In this document: one piece after another, positions 1 through 11,089 of the stretch
Numbering within the stretch: position 1 is the first letter of the stretch
Layout of the letters: each line of letters starts with the position of its first letter
NCBI GenBank assembly: GCA_013265495.1
Contig: MU058636.1
Location: forward strand, 10,391,066-10,440,813
DNA length: 49,748 nt
Direction: 5' to 3'
Origin: Vicugna vicugna
Taxonomy: Eukaryota
The notes under the pieces: model-generated
Databases searched by the model: none
The model's input: the letters and a program-made list of their open reading frames with translations, nothing else
Told to the model about the DNA's origin: nothing
Made by a program: the position numbers and the translations under genes

Positions 1-696
1 AGTCGTACAAACTGTCCACTGAGGCCGGGAATCCCAAAGTTCCCAATCACCCTCTTGGGACTGGAGGGGAGGGGAGTAAGGGCAAGAAAAACACACAGAG
101 AAAAGAATGTAAAATAATATTTCCATGTTTTTCCCACCACAAGTGTTTACTATGTGCTGGTTACTCTGCAAAATGATCTTAAAGACTTGACTCATTCTCC
201 TAAAAGAAAAAGAAAAAGAAAAAAAAAGCTACTATTGATATAATTTGCAAATGATAGATAGAGCCAGCAAGGGATAAAATCAAAAAAGAGAAGGCAATGC
301 ATCAGTGGAAAGTCAGCCGAACAGCCAGACTGAGAGGCCAACCTATGTTGGCCCAGCCTCAGAGGTCTAAGATTAGACCAAGTGAAGCTTTCAAGAACAC
401 TGGAGTAGCCCACACTAATTTCCATTTCCATGGCAGGTCCTGGGGACCATTCCAGACATCAGGCTTGCAGATCCTCAACTCAGGGAACATCAGTTCTATA
501 TTTGGTCCTGTAACCAGATCAGCCTCTTGATCTTCTTTGCTCAAATCAGATTGGACCCCTAGGGCTGTTCTGAATAGCTGGACAAGTAGTAGGTTGGGCG
601 ACATAACATTGTCACTGTCTAACTATTTTTGACCTATGTAAGCAGCAATTCCATATAGTTCAACCCAACACTTGGCTGACAGATACATACTTCTGA

Positions 697-880
697 CATT
701 TCTCAGCAAGGGCAATATTGACATTTGAGGCAGGACTGTCCTGTATATTACAAGAGTGGCCTCCAGTCACCAAATACCAGTAACACCACCTTCCCTTAAG
801 AGTCATGGTGACAACCAGAAATCAAAAACTATGTTCCCAAGACACATTTCCAAATATTCTCTGAGTAGGGGCAGTAACAT
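697..880. mobile_element. MER20-like fragment
   Basis: ATTGACATTTGAGGCAGGACTGTCCTGT...GTGACAACC...ACATTTCCAAATATT, similar to the MER20 consensus as recalled. Confidence 0.5.
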
Positions 881-1419
881 TCCAATGAGTTTATATAGGA
901 TTGTAAGTAAATGTCTTGAGATTTTCATATATTAACAGCAGCAAGTAGGAGAGAAAGAGAGGGAGAGAGAAAGAGAAGAACAGTAGATGGTGAAGTGATT
1001 TTCCAAAAGCGGAGGACACGATATCAAAGCCAGCAATCATCAGATTCAGATTGCTTTGCAATTACACCACCAAGAAAATCAGCCCATGTTCCCAAAATTC
1101 ATATATTCATATATGGATTTGGAGGGGTACCAAGTGTTCAACCTACATAGTACCTGGCACAAATAGGTACTTGATAAATATATATGGGAAAATTGGAAGG
1201 GTACTTAATCTGATTGGGTTCAAATATACTGATCACTGATTAGCATTGTGTTTTAGCTAATTGTTTGTATACCTGTCTTTCACTCCAAACTGAAGCTGTT
1301 ATAGCTAGGGATCATTACCTTTCTTTCCCACAGTGGATTTGTAAATAGCAGGGAGTATCTTGAACATAGTAATGGTCAAAATCAGTGGAAAATAATGAAA
1401 GACGTAACAGGAAGCATTG

Positions 1420-1800
1420 TCTACTAAAGCATCGGTACCTTGCCTTCTGGCTGTATTTCGGAATCACCTTGGGGAAGGAAGATTGTTAAAACTTCACATT
1501 TCCCAAGACTCACTCCAGAGTATCTGAAATTAGAATCTCTGGGACTGCATTAGCAGCATTTGTATTTTTATCAAACTCCCCAGCTGGCTTCAATATGCCT
1601 GCCTGGGGCAGATTTTGAAGACCTGGGTTTATAGAACCCACACCTACAGCAGTGTTTCTCATACTTGCCAGATGACAGAATTTGTTAAATGAATGTCCAA
1701 GTCCCTGCCTTGGAGACTCTGATCAGAGAGTCTGGGGTGTGTCCCAGGTGTCAGTGTTTTTAATAAGCATCCCAGGTGATTCTTATAACCAATCAGGCAT
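1420..1800. mobile_element. MER5-like fragments
   Basis: AGAATCTCTGGG...TTTTTATCAAACTCCCCAG and TTTTAATAAGCATCCCAGGTGATTCT. Confidence 0.5.
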
Positions 1801-2313
1801 ACTAGTCTAAAGGACGGCCCCGCTGAATCCAGCCCCCAGGCTGAAGGCTAGATGCCCACTTTAGGTTTTGTGGTTGGCTGTCATGCAGCATAAAGAGCTG
1901 CTGGAAGATGTGCTTCACCAAAAGACGAAATAAACTAAGAAGGAGGAAGACGTGAGCTACATGAAGAAATAGAACCAACGGAGGAGAGAGGTATCCTTAG
2001 GAAGAGATAACAAGAGACCCCAGGATGACAGGTGTTCACCATGTGCAGAGGGCAACCAGTCCAGGACCGGAAGTGAAAAGTGCCCAGGTGAGACTTCTAA
2101 AAGGTGAAACCGGTGGTGCCGGTGCATCTCAGTGTTATGGGAGGAGAGATTTAGACATTTAGAAGGTTTTTATTTAATCCCTCTGTTGGCAGTACAGTAC
2201 CTTCTGTCGTATCTCATATCTTTCACTTCAAACCCTCTGTTTTACCTGCTGTGGACAAATCTCCAGTCTTTTGCCAGAGTAGTGTGGGTGACGTAGGCAC
2301 CTAGCTGCTGCTT

Positions 2314-2488
2314 TTTTTTTTTTAATTGAAGTATAGCTGATTAACAATATTATATTAGTTTCAGGTGTACAACATAGTGATTCAATATTCTGATAGATTG
2401 TACTCCATTTAAAGTCATTACAAAATAATGGCTATATTTTTCTATGCTGTATAATATGTCTTTGTTGCTTATTTATTTTATACATGGT
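2314..2488 (-). mobile_element. 5'-truncated young L1 3' end
   Basis: Poly-T then AATTGAAGTATAG..., the artiodactyl-type L1 tail; TSD ACCTAGCTGCT(G/T)CTT (2299-2313 and 2489-2503). Confidence 0.85.
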
Positions 2489-3701
2489 ACCTAGCTGCTT
2501 CTTAAACAGATTTTCAATCAGCCTTTCTTATTTTACTGACCGCTTTCTACCTTCACTTCCAGGGAAATCTGGTATAATCAATTACTGATTTTGCTGGTGG
2601 TGGTGATGGGGTGGTTTTGTAGGGTAAAACAGGTTGTTTGCATTTTCTTGGTCTGCTAATCCCTTACCACTCATCCAGTCTCTAAAAATTTTTCATCGTT
2701 TCTCCCATTCTTTCCAACTTCACGTGCTTATGCTTTAAAAAAAAAATCCCTTTACTGTGATTTTAGTGAGGTTTCAGGAAGGAAAGTAGACGGCAAGAGT
2801 TCAGTCTGTTATCATTAGACAGACACTCTGGTATAGATTGTAATTATGACATTGCAAAGCTTTTTATTATGAAAAGTTTCAAATATATACAAAATATGGA
2901 GAATGTTAATAACCCCCCCATATTACTCATCACCCAGTTTCAAAAGTTAGCAATTTGTGGTCAACATTGTTTCATCCCCATCCCTTCCTATTTGCTCCTC
3001 TTCCTGGATTATTTTGAAGCAAATCCCTGACATCATATCATTTCACTTGTAAGTCAGTAATGGATTTGAAGTGCTTGCATAACTGCGTCTAGAAAATGAA
3101 TTTCTAATGAGGGTACTTCAAATGTTAACTAATCCCCTCTTGAGTATGGGTTCCAAATTAGCGTACTTCAAATGTGAACAGCCTCTAGGGTGTGGATTGA
3201 AGTTAATTTATACACACATACATCACAGTGTTAATAGTAAAGTATTTTAAAGTAAATCACCGTTCAGACAACCTAACTGCAAAACTCAAAGGTGTAGGAG
3301 AATTCCTGGGTTTTGTTATCTGACCAGAAGATGTTAGGAAATAGAGGTTATTTGTGGAGAAAGATGGAGAACTTGAGATAATCTTGGATACACAACAAGA
3401 AATAGAGATGATTTTTTTTAAGAGATGATTATTAATAGGTGATTGGGGCCCAGAGAGAGGTCAGGCTGTGTATTCACATTTAATAGTCGTTCTTATGGAA
3501 ATAAGAATTGAGAGCATGAGCACATTTGTTCCAAGGGCAGAGAGGGCAGGAGATCAGAATGGCCCGAGTTGGGGATGGGAGAGGAAAAGTTGACACCTGT
3601 TCAACAGAAATGGAGTTAAGTGGTGACACTTGCTATTTACAAAACAACACGTCATCACAGAGAGTGTGGCCTGAACGTTTGTATATGCTACACTCTGTGG
3701 G

Positions 3702-4211
3702 CAGCGCTCTTAACCACCTGGTCGTGGACTCTTTCAAAGAACCCTGTGGACTTCCTCTCAGAGCAATGCTTTTAAATGCATGAAAGGAAATATATTGGAT
3801 TATAAAGGAAGCCAATTATGTTGAAATACAGTTATCAAAATATTTTAATGTGATATAGTGAATTATTCTTTTATCAACACATTAAATAACAAGATCTAGT
3901 GGCAGGTCTAATAATTACTGTAATTTTGAAGTGGTAATGAGCATAAATTATATTTTGAGATATCTGCAGCAACTTTAATGTGATGTGAAAATGGCTGTGA
4001 CTTCTATGGGTGATGGTCTTAATACTGCTAATACTACTGTGTTTTGTTGTGTGCATTCGTAATCGACGGAAATGCTAATTTTCAGTTAGAGGCCACTAAA
4101 ATAAAGAAGGGATTTTTTCCCTAAGTTCACAGGCACTCTCTCCACCCTGAACTCTCTCCACAGACATACCTCTTCCCCCAACAAGACCCTAGACTGCAGG
4201 TTAAGACCCTG
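3702..4211. mobile_element. hAT-Charlie-like DNA transposon fossil
   Basis: Imperfect terminal inverted repeats CAGCGCTCTTAACC ... GGTTAAGACCCTG around an AT-rich body. Confidence 0.5.
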
Positions 4212-4725
4212 TTCCAGGGTGTGATTGTTTGAATTACTCCATTAATTCAACAGCTATTTATTGCATGTCTGTGCTAGATAAAAGGATAAATTAGGAGCTT
4301 ACAGTGGAGATGGGGAGACTGACACAGAAATAAATAATCTCAATTCAGTATGACAGGTGCAACAACAGAGGAAAGCCCAGCCTGTCAGGAGGGGCAGACG
4401 AGGCCTCTGGAAGCAGTTATGCATGAAATAAGGGAAATGGATGAGTGACGTGTGGTCAAAGTGAACTGGATCCACGTCTGTGGCCCACAGTGGGGAATCT
4501 GTGGGCTGATCCTCGAAAAGCTTCATGATAAGCCATATCCCCCACATGGAGCCCGACATGCCTCTCAAGGCTCTGCGCCATCTACCCCCACCTCCTTCTC
4601 CGGCCCCTCCTTGAGCCACTCTCCCTCTGTCTCTCTTCTCCAAGTCTTCAACACACCATCTTCCTTCCTGCCTCAAGTCCACCCTGTGTGCTGTAGCTTC
4701 TTCACCAGTGTTTCTCCTCACTCCC

Positions 4726-4726
<1 letters not shown>

Positions 4727-4763
<37 letters not shown>
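4727..4763. repeat. (AC)18 microsatellite
   Basis: Perfect dinucleotide run. Confidence 0.97.
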
Positions 4764-4764
<1 letters not shown>

Positions 4765-5228
4765 CTTATTCCTGTTCATCCTTTAGCTCACAACTTAAAC
4801 ATCACCGCTTCGTGACTCTCCCTTAATTGCACAATACGACATTTATCCTGCCCTTTCTTGTTGGACATTTAAGTTGTCTCCAGTTTTTCATTGTTACCAG
4901 CAATGCACTCTCTCCCCTACTCTCTCTTTTTCACCCACACATCTTTTTATACTTGTACTTACACCTCTGATAGATCCACTTCTAGGAGTGAAGTTGCTAA
5001 TACAAATGCACATTTAACATTTCAATTGATATTATTACAAATAGCTCTCAAAAAGTTGCCCTAGAGAACCTGCTTTCTCACATTCTTAACAATATTGAAT
5101 CTTACCAAGCTTTTTGTATTTGTTAATATTTTCATAAGATGGCTGCAGTCTCATTGCTAACTTTGCATATCTGATTATTAATGAGCTTGAACATTTTATC
5201 CTTCTACTATTTAAAATAAGATGTGATT

Positions 5229-5399
5229 GGGGGGAGGGTATAGCTCAGTGGTAGAGTGAGTGCCTAGCATGCATGAGGTCCAGGGATCAATCCCCAGTGT
5301 ACGGCTGTTAAAAATCAATCAATCAATAACTGATTACCTCCCCCTACCAAAAATATAAATAAATAAAAATTTTAAAAAATAAAAAATAAAAATAAAAAT
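5229..5399 (+). mobile_element. tRNA-derived SINE (camelid Vic-1-like)
   Basis: GGGGAGGGTATAGCTCAGTGGTAGAG A-box head, degenerate B box, A-rich tail; 16-bp TSD AAAATAAGATGTGATT (5213-5228 and 5400-5415) at a TT|AAAA site. Confidence 0.9.
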
Positions 5400-5729
5400 A
5401 AAATAAGATGTGATTAGTTTGACAATATGGATAGAAGGATAGAGATGAAAAAAGAAGAAAATTAATATTTCTCCTAAAGAATAAAGGAGCATTTTAGGAA
5501 AGAAAAGCATTTTCTCAACTTTGATATAAATGGCATTCATGCCTAACGCTCTTGGTACATAGAGAGCATTTTAAACCATATTTAAATCTAACCCATATAT
5601 AATTGTCTGCTCTGCTTCAGAATTATTACTGACAATGCTGCATGATCCTTTATCAGTAAATTTTCTGATATATAAGCTTTATAGTCATCAAAGAGTAAGC
5701 TTCTACCTAGTGCACCATCCTGGTTTCTA

Positions 5730-6250
5730 TTGTTCTCCAGTAAGAGAAACCAGGGATCCTTCGAGAAGTGATTGATTCCAGGGCTGCGGCAGGGACGAGA
5801 TGAGCCTGCAGCATCTTGTGGTACCAGACAACAAGGATGTGCTCTAAAAAGAGGGAGGGTCATATCAAAAGGGCACAAGAGCCAACCTGAAAATGTTCCG
5901 AAAGGCTAAAACTAGAACAACTTGAGCAACAAAACAAATAATGATGGTATAAGATTTTAACCCATAGGACAAAATTAATATCTGTAAGTTCATACACATG
6001 TAAATAAATAATTGAATAAATAAATGTAGGGGAGAAGGGGCAACTTTTCTTTCAGAATTCCACTTAATAAATGTAGAAGCAGTGAGAAAAATATAAAAAT
6101 TGCCATCAGAAAACCACAGTAATGGCTGCTGCAGGCAGGATCCACCCATGGATGTTACAATCAGTGGGCAAGAGTTTGAAGATAAACAGGATGTTCACAA
6201 GTCTCAAGGTATCTCTCCAAGATAGTTATAATTCCAGTGTAAATGCCAGT
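5730..6250 (+). mobile_element. Old L1 (L1MC/MD-like) 3' UTR fragment
   Basis: Resembles the old L1M 3' consensus (AACAACTTGAGCAACAAAA...TAACCCATAG); recognised by eye. Confidence 0.5.
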
Positions 6251-6379
6251 TTATCACTTAGTAGGTCAGGGTACTCACCAGAGTTAATTTATGTGGCAGA
6301 GGTCATCGGATTCTTAATTTTTAATATCTCAGAAAATTTAATAAAGAGCTTAATCTTATTTAAATCTCTTGATTTTTAA

Positions 6380-6506
6380 GGGGAGAATATAGCTCAGTGG
6401 TAGAGTGCGTGTCTAGCATGCATGAGGACCTGGGTTCAATACCTCCATTAAAAAATGAAAAAAAATAAATAGACCTAATTACTCCCCCCAATGTTTTAAA
6501 TTTATA
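6380..6506 (+). mobile_element. tRNA-derived SINE (Vic-1-like)
   Basis: TAGCTCAGTGGTAGAG...GGTTCAAT; TSD TAAATCTCTTGATTTT (6361-6376 and 6507-6522). Confidence 0.9.
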
Positions 6507-7594
6507 TAAATCTCTTGATTTTGCACATAAATGACTAGCAGTGAGCTATTTTCTCATGGTAAAACTCAGTCTGTCTAAATCAGAAGCTTCACTTAAGGAC
6601 CACATTACAAACTCCTTTCCCACGGAAGCAGCATTCAGCAGCCGGAAGTGTGACGCACCCGGCTCTTCCCTCCCCTCTCTTCCTGATCCCTCTCTTCCTG
6701 ATCCCTCTGGGAGACGGTACAGGAACAGAGAGAGACTCAAACTTAGAAATAGCAGCCTAAACCACCAATTTGTGGATTATCACAAGCTGACCTAGAGTCT
6801 AAAAGAACAATTTTCTTTTTGCCCATAATGACACTGGGAAAATGACTTCTCAGTGCCGTTTCTCACTTGCCATCCCATTTAAAAAATTCTTTTTTCATTA
6901 TGGACACTTTTAACATTTGCCCCACTGGGTTTTCTGCCTCTAATTTTTTCCCTAAATAGCCCTACTGAATTAGCCCCCCAGAACTCTTTGATTGCATTGT
7001 TATTCCACTCCTTTAATGATTTTTTTTCTAAACATCAACTACAGCTTCAAAATTCCTGTTTGTGGTCATCCCGTTAAGAATATCTCACTGAACACAAATG
7101 AAGAAATTCATTTTCCATTTACTCCAGATTATCCATATAGTTGTTCCTCAAATCTCTTCTTGGGGAGTACTGAAAAAAAAATTGTTTTTGAGGTTGAAGA
7201 TCTAGGGTTTAAATCCTGGCTGAACCCTTATTTGCAACCTTGGAAAATTTATTAAATTCCTGTGAATGAGACTAATACCTACCTTAGAGAATGTTCAAAA
7301 AAATCAGTGATGTGATACATGTGAAGCACACAGCCCCAGGGCAGTCAGCCAAGGGGGAACCTGGGAGTGGTGGCTAGGACGTCAGTGCTGTGAGGATGAC
7401 GGTGATTACTTGGAGACGAGCATAAACAGAGCAGGCGCCTCTGCTAACCCCTGACCTACACCTTTCCAGCTTTCCTGCAACTTGGCTAACATATACTCCT
7501 TCCTGGGATGGTATGTGGTCCTCTGTTTGCCTTGAGAACAGAGCTGGAGGATCTTAATTATACACATGGTCTGCGCTTTATCATATTTAACATT

Positions 7595-8055
7595 TTTTAT
7601 TGTAGTAAAATATATGTCACGTAAGATTTACCATTTCACCATTTTAAGTATCCAGTTCAGGGGCATTAAGTACATTCACATTGTTGTGCAACTGTCACCA
7701 TTATGCATACCCAGAATGTTTTCATCTTCCCAAAAGGAAACTCTGTACCCATTAAATAGTAATTCCCCATTCCCTCCTCCCCACAGCCCCTGCCTGGCAA
7801 CCACCATTCTACTCTCTGCCACTATTAATTTCCCTATTCCAAGTACATCTTATAAGTGGAATCTTACAGTATTTGTTCTTTTGTGTCTGGCTTACTTCAT
7901 TTAGCATAATGCCTTCAAGGTTCTTCTGTGTCATAGGTGTCAAACTTCACTCCTTCTTAAGGCTGAATAATTTTCCATTGTACATAGATACCACATTTTG
8001 TTTAATTCATCCACTGGTGGATATTTGGGTTGTTTCCACCTTTTGGCTATTGTGA
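7595..8055 (-). mobile_element. L1MB-like 3' end
   Basis: GCATTAAGTACATTCACATTGTTGTGCAAC...GGCTTACTTCATTTAGCATAATG...TTTCCACCTTTTGGCTATTGTGA. Confidence 0.8.
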
Positions 8056-10741
8056 CATTAACATATTTTACATTCTGCAACAATTTATATCTTTATTTTC
8101 AGACCTATTAATTTTCATCATACTAATATACTGAGATCCAGGAAGAGAATTATGAAAGAATTTTTATTTTATTTTCGGCCATTTACGCATTTGGTGGTAG
8201 ACACAAAGACTGGGATTTGTAATTCTGTGCTGTGATAAGTACACAAAGTAAGCTATTTACCTTTCATCTGTTTTCTTTTTTAAAAGAGAAAAGTAGTGTT
8301 TTCCTGAAACATGATCATGTCAGTTGGATCTACTTTTATAAGTGATAAGGAGAACAGACAAAAAGCTAACATAAGAATTGGAATCTTAGTTTTAAAAGTA
8401 AGAGAAGGGTCAGTCATGTGCCGGTAAATTGTGTGCTGCTTTCCTCTCCAAGTTCTGAACCGTTTAAGAGATAAACAGTAGAGAGTATGGCATATGGAGA
8501 CCAGAATATTACATTTATTCTGAGCAAAGTTGATTTTGGAGAATGTAGCTTATCTGCATTTGTAGGTAGGTGGCCCTCCTCATTCTGCACCCAGAATCAG
8601 GCAGGTCTACCCAGCTGTTCACACACCGTGCAGGCCTGAGACAGGGCTTCTCCTGCAAGAAGGAAAAATCTCAGCTGTCGTGTAGTTTGATGAAATGCTT
8701 GTCTTTTTTTTTTTTCCTTTTCTTTTCTTTTTTTAATTTTAATGCTTCTCTTGTATACCCTCAATCCATTGCTCTGCCTTGGTACTCATCACACTGTATA
8801 GCATGGAATCTTTAACATTCTCTTCCCATGAGCATTTTTCACTTGTCCATTCTTCTGTTCACTCAGCTGGTTTTGTTATGCTATTTGGGGGCCTAGCAAC
8901 AAGTGAGGTCTTGAGCACAGGGTCTTACAGAGGTGACAGAAGCTGACACAGCCCCAACCCTAAGGAGATCAGAAGAGGAAATGTAAGGGAAACAGAGTGT
9001 TGTGTTAGGCAATGAGAAGGTAGGAACTCCTTAACGGAGCAGGGAGAGAAGGCATTCTCAGGAAGTGACGTTTCTTGGGAAATGACAATGTTGAAGCCAA
9101 GGGCTGCCTCACCAGTGCATTTATTCTCTGGTGTCTGGTAGAGGCCTAGCATGTGGCAGAGCTCAGTAAACACCTGACAAATTAATGAATGCGTGATAGA
9201 TGTGAAAACACTTTACATGCTATGAAAAGTAGTGCATGAGTGTTAGCCATTATCATTTGTTGATGTGGGTAGATCTACTTTTATTCTGCTTTGCTGGGAC
9301 ACCCAAAGAGATATCAAAATAGACCATGGAGAAAAATGTTCATTAAGGGCATGTGCAGTTTGGACAGACCTGAGCCCATTCTCCATAGGAGTGAACTTGG
9401 AGCTACCGGGTACAGGACTGAGCACCCAGCCATCAGAGGGCAGACCCTCCTACCCCAGCATCTGCCTGTCCTCACTGCCGCCTGGGAAAGCAAGAGTCCA
9501 CTAAATAGTGATGAAAATAGTGATGAAATGACTGTTTTATGGATCTTGGAGGGTGAGGAAAATATATCATAAAAAGTAAGCATTCTGTTTGGAAGGTGAT
9601 GGTGACTAGATCAGAAACTGTAAAAGGAACAAGCTGTCATTCCCAAATAAATGTTGACCGGTGGAAAAAAATGACTCAGGGTGTGTCCTTCCTGACACTG
9701 GGGCCTAGGGAGGACCACAGAGAAAGAAAACTGATGTAACTTTTGAAGCACCCATTATGTGCCAGTCAGTGTAATGGGCGTTGTCTGATTCAATTCTAGC
9801 ACCTACAGCGCCGGCGAGAGGGGAGTTAGAACATCATTTACGAAGGAGGAAACAGAGGCTGAGAGGTGAAGTCACGTTGTCACGATCACAGCTCATATTG
9901 ACATAGCAGGAAGTGGAACTGTTTCTGACTCCAACATAGAGAAGAAAACAAAAGAAAGGAGAGAGAAATACAGGTAGGACCCCGTAGACTTGTCAACAAT
10001 CCAGGAACTGGAAAGCAGAAGACCAGAGCATTTGTCTTTGCTTCCTTGCCCTCTGAACTGCTAAAGAAATAGTAGCACATGCAAAGGTAACTATTTCAGA
10101 CCAGCTTTTGCTCTCCATTTTAAGAGCAAGACAGAAACATTACATTTGTCACAACTGACATTGGTAAAGGTAAAGCACTGTCAGGTTTACAAAATGCTCC
10201 CTCTTAGGGGTGGGGCCTATCTATGCCAGAAACCACAGTGTTTTCTAACATTCTGTACTACATTTAAAAGGAGCATCCATATTTCATTCTTCATAAAGAT
10301 GCTACTGAAATCTTGGAAAATACTAATCCTTTCTTTCTTTTGCAACTAACCACTTTTTTTTCAGAGCTCTAAATCACAAGCATATTCCAGCGGCTGTTTG
10401 CTTCTCCTAGTATGAGCTACTTCCCGCTCTGCCACCATCATTAATATCCTAGTTCAAGGAGATATTAAGAGGCACAGTAAATCATTCCGTTTTCAGAAAT
10501 AGCTTAGACCTTGAGTTAATATATTTTAGAAAGCAGGTTTGCTTCAGCCCCTTAAGACTTGGTTACTTAGAATAAAATCTTCCTAATTCAATAGCAATTT
10601 GCATACATGTATAAATGCATGGACTTTTTTTTTTAAAAAAAGCACCTTTAGGATTAAGAGGGTTTTGTTGTCTTTATTTGCATAATTTAAAGCTGATTAC
10701 TCAAGCAAGCTTCAGTGTACTTTTAAGAACAGTGACAAGAT

Positions 10742-10876
10742 GGGGGATAGCTCAATGGTAGAGCGTGTGCTTAGCATGCACGGGGTCCAGGGTTCAATCC
10801 CCAATACCTCCATTTAAGTAAGTAAATAAATAAGTAAAAACATAATTACCCCACCCTAAAATTAAAATTTTCTTTG
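10742..10876 (+). mobile_element. tRNA-derived SINE (Vic-1-like)
   Basis: GATAGCTCAATGGTAGAGCG...GGGTTCAATCCCC, with the same TAATTACCCC 3' motif as the other copies. Confidence 0.88.
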
Positions 10877-11089
10877 AAAGAATGTAACAAGGTAAGAATC
10901 TAAAGATAATATATTCTTTAGGACTGAGAATCTAAAGATAGTACATTCTTTAGAATCAAGTGTGTAAATGGATAAATAAAGAATGTTTTTAGTGTCATGG
11001 TCTCAGCTGTGGAGGTATCAACATCTTTCAAAACTATGGCCAAGCTCTGGGTATCTTTCAGTTATATACCCATTTCCATTCATTCCTTA

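Noticed and set aside
192..604. Three overlapping short ORFs at the window start
   Set aside because: No recognisable protein similarity or consistent splice structure.
4299..4826. 153-aa and 124-aa ORFs
   Set aside because: Built on the (AC)n microsatellite and L2-like sequence; low-complexity translation.
5229..5298. tRNA-like heads (here and in the other SINE copies) as tRNA genes
   Set aside because: They have TSDs, A-rich tails and broken stems, so they are SINE copies, not tRNAs.
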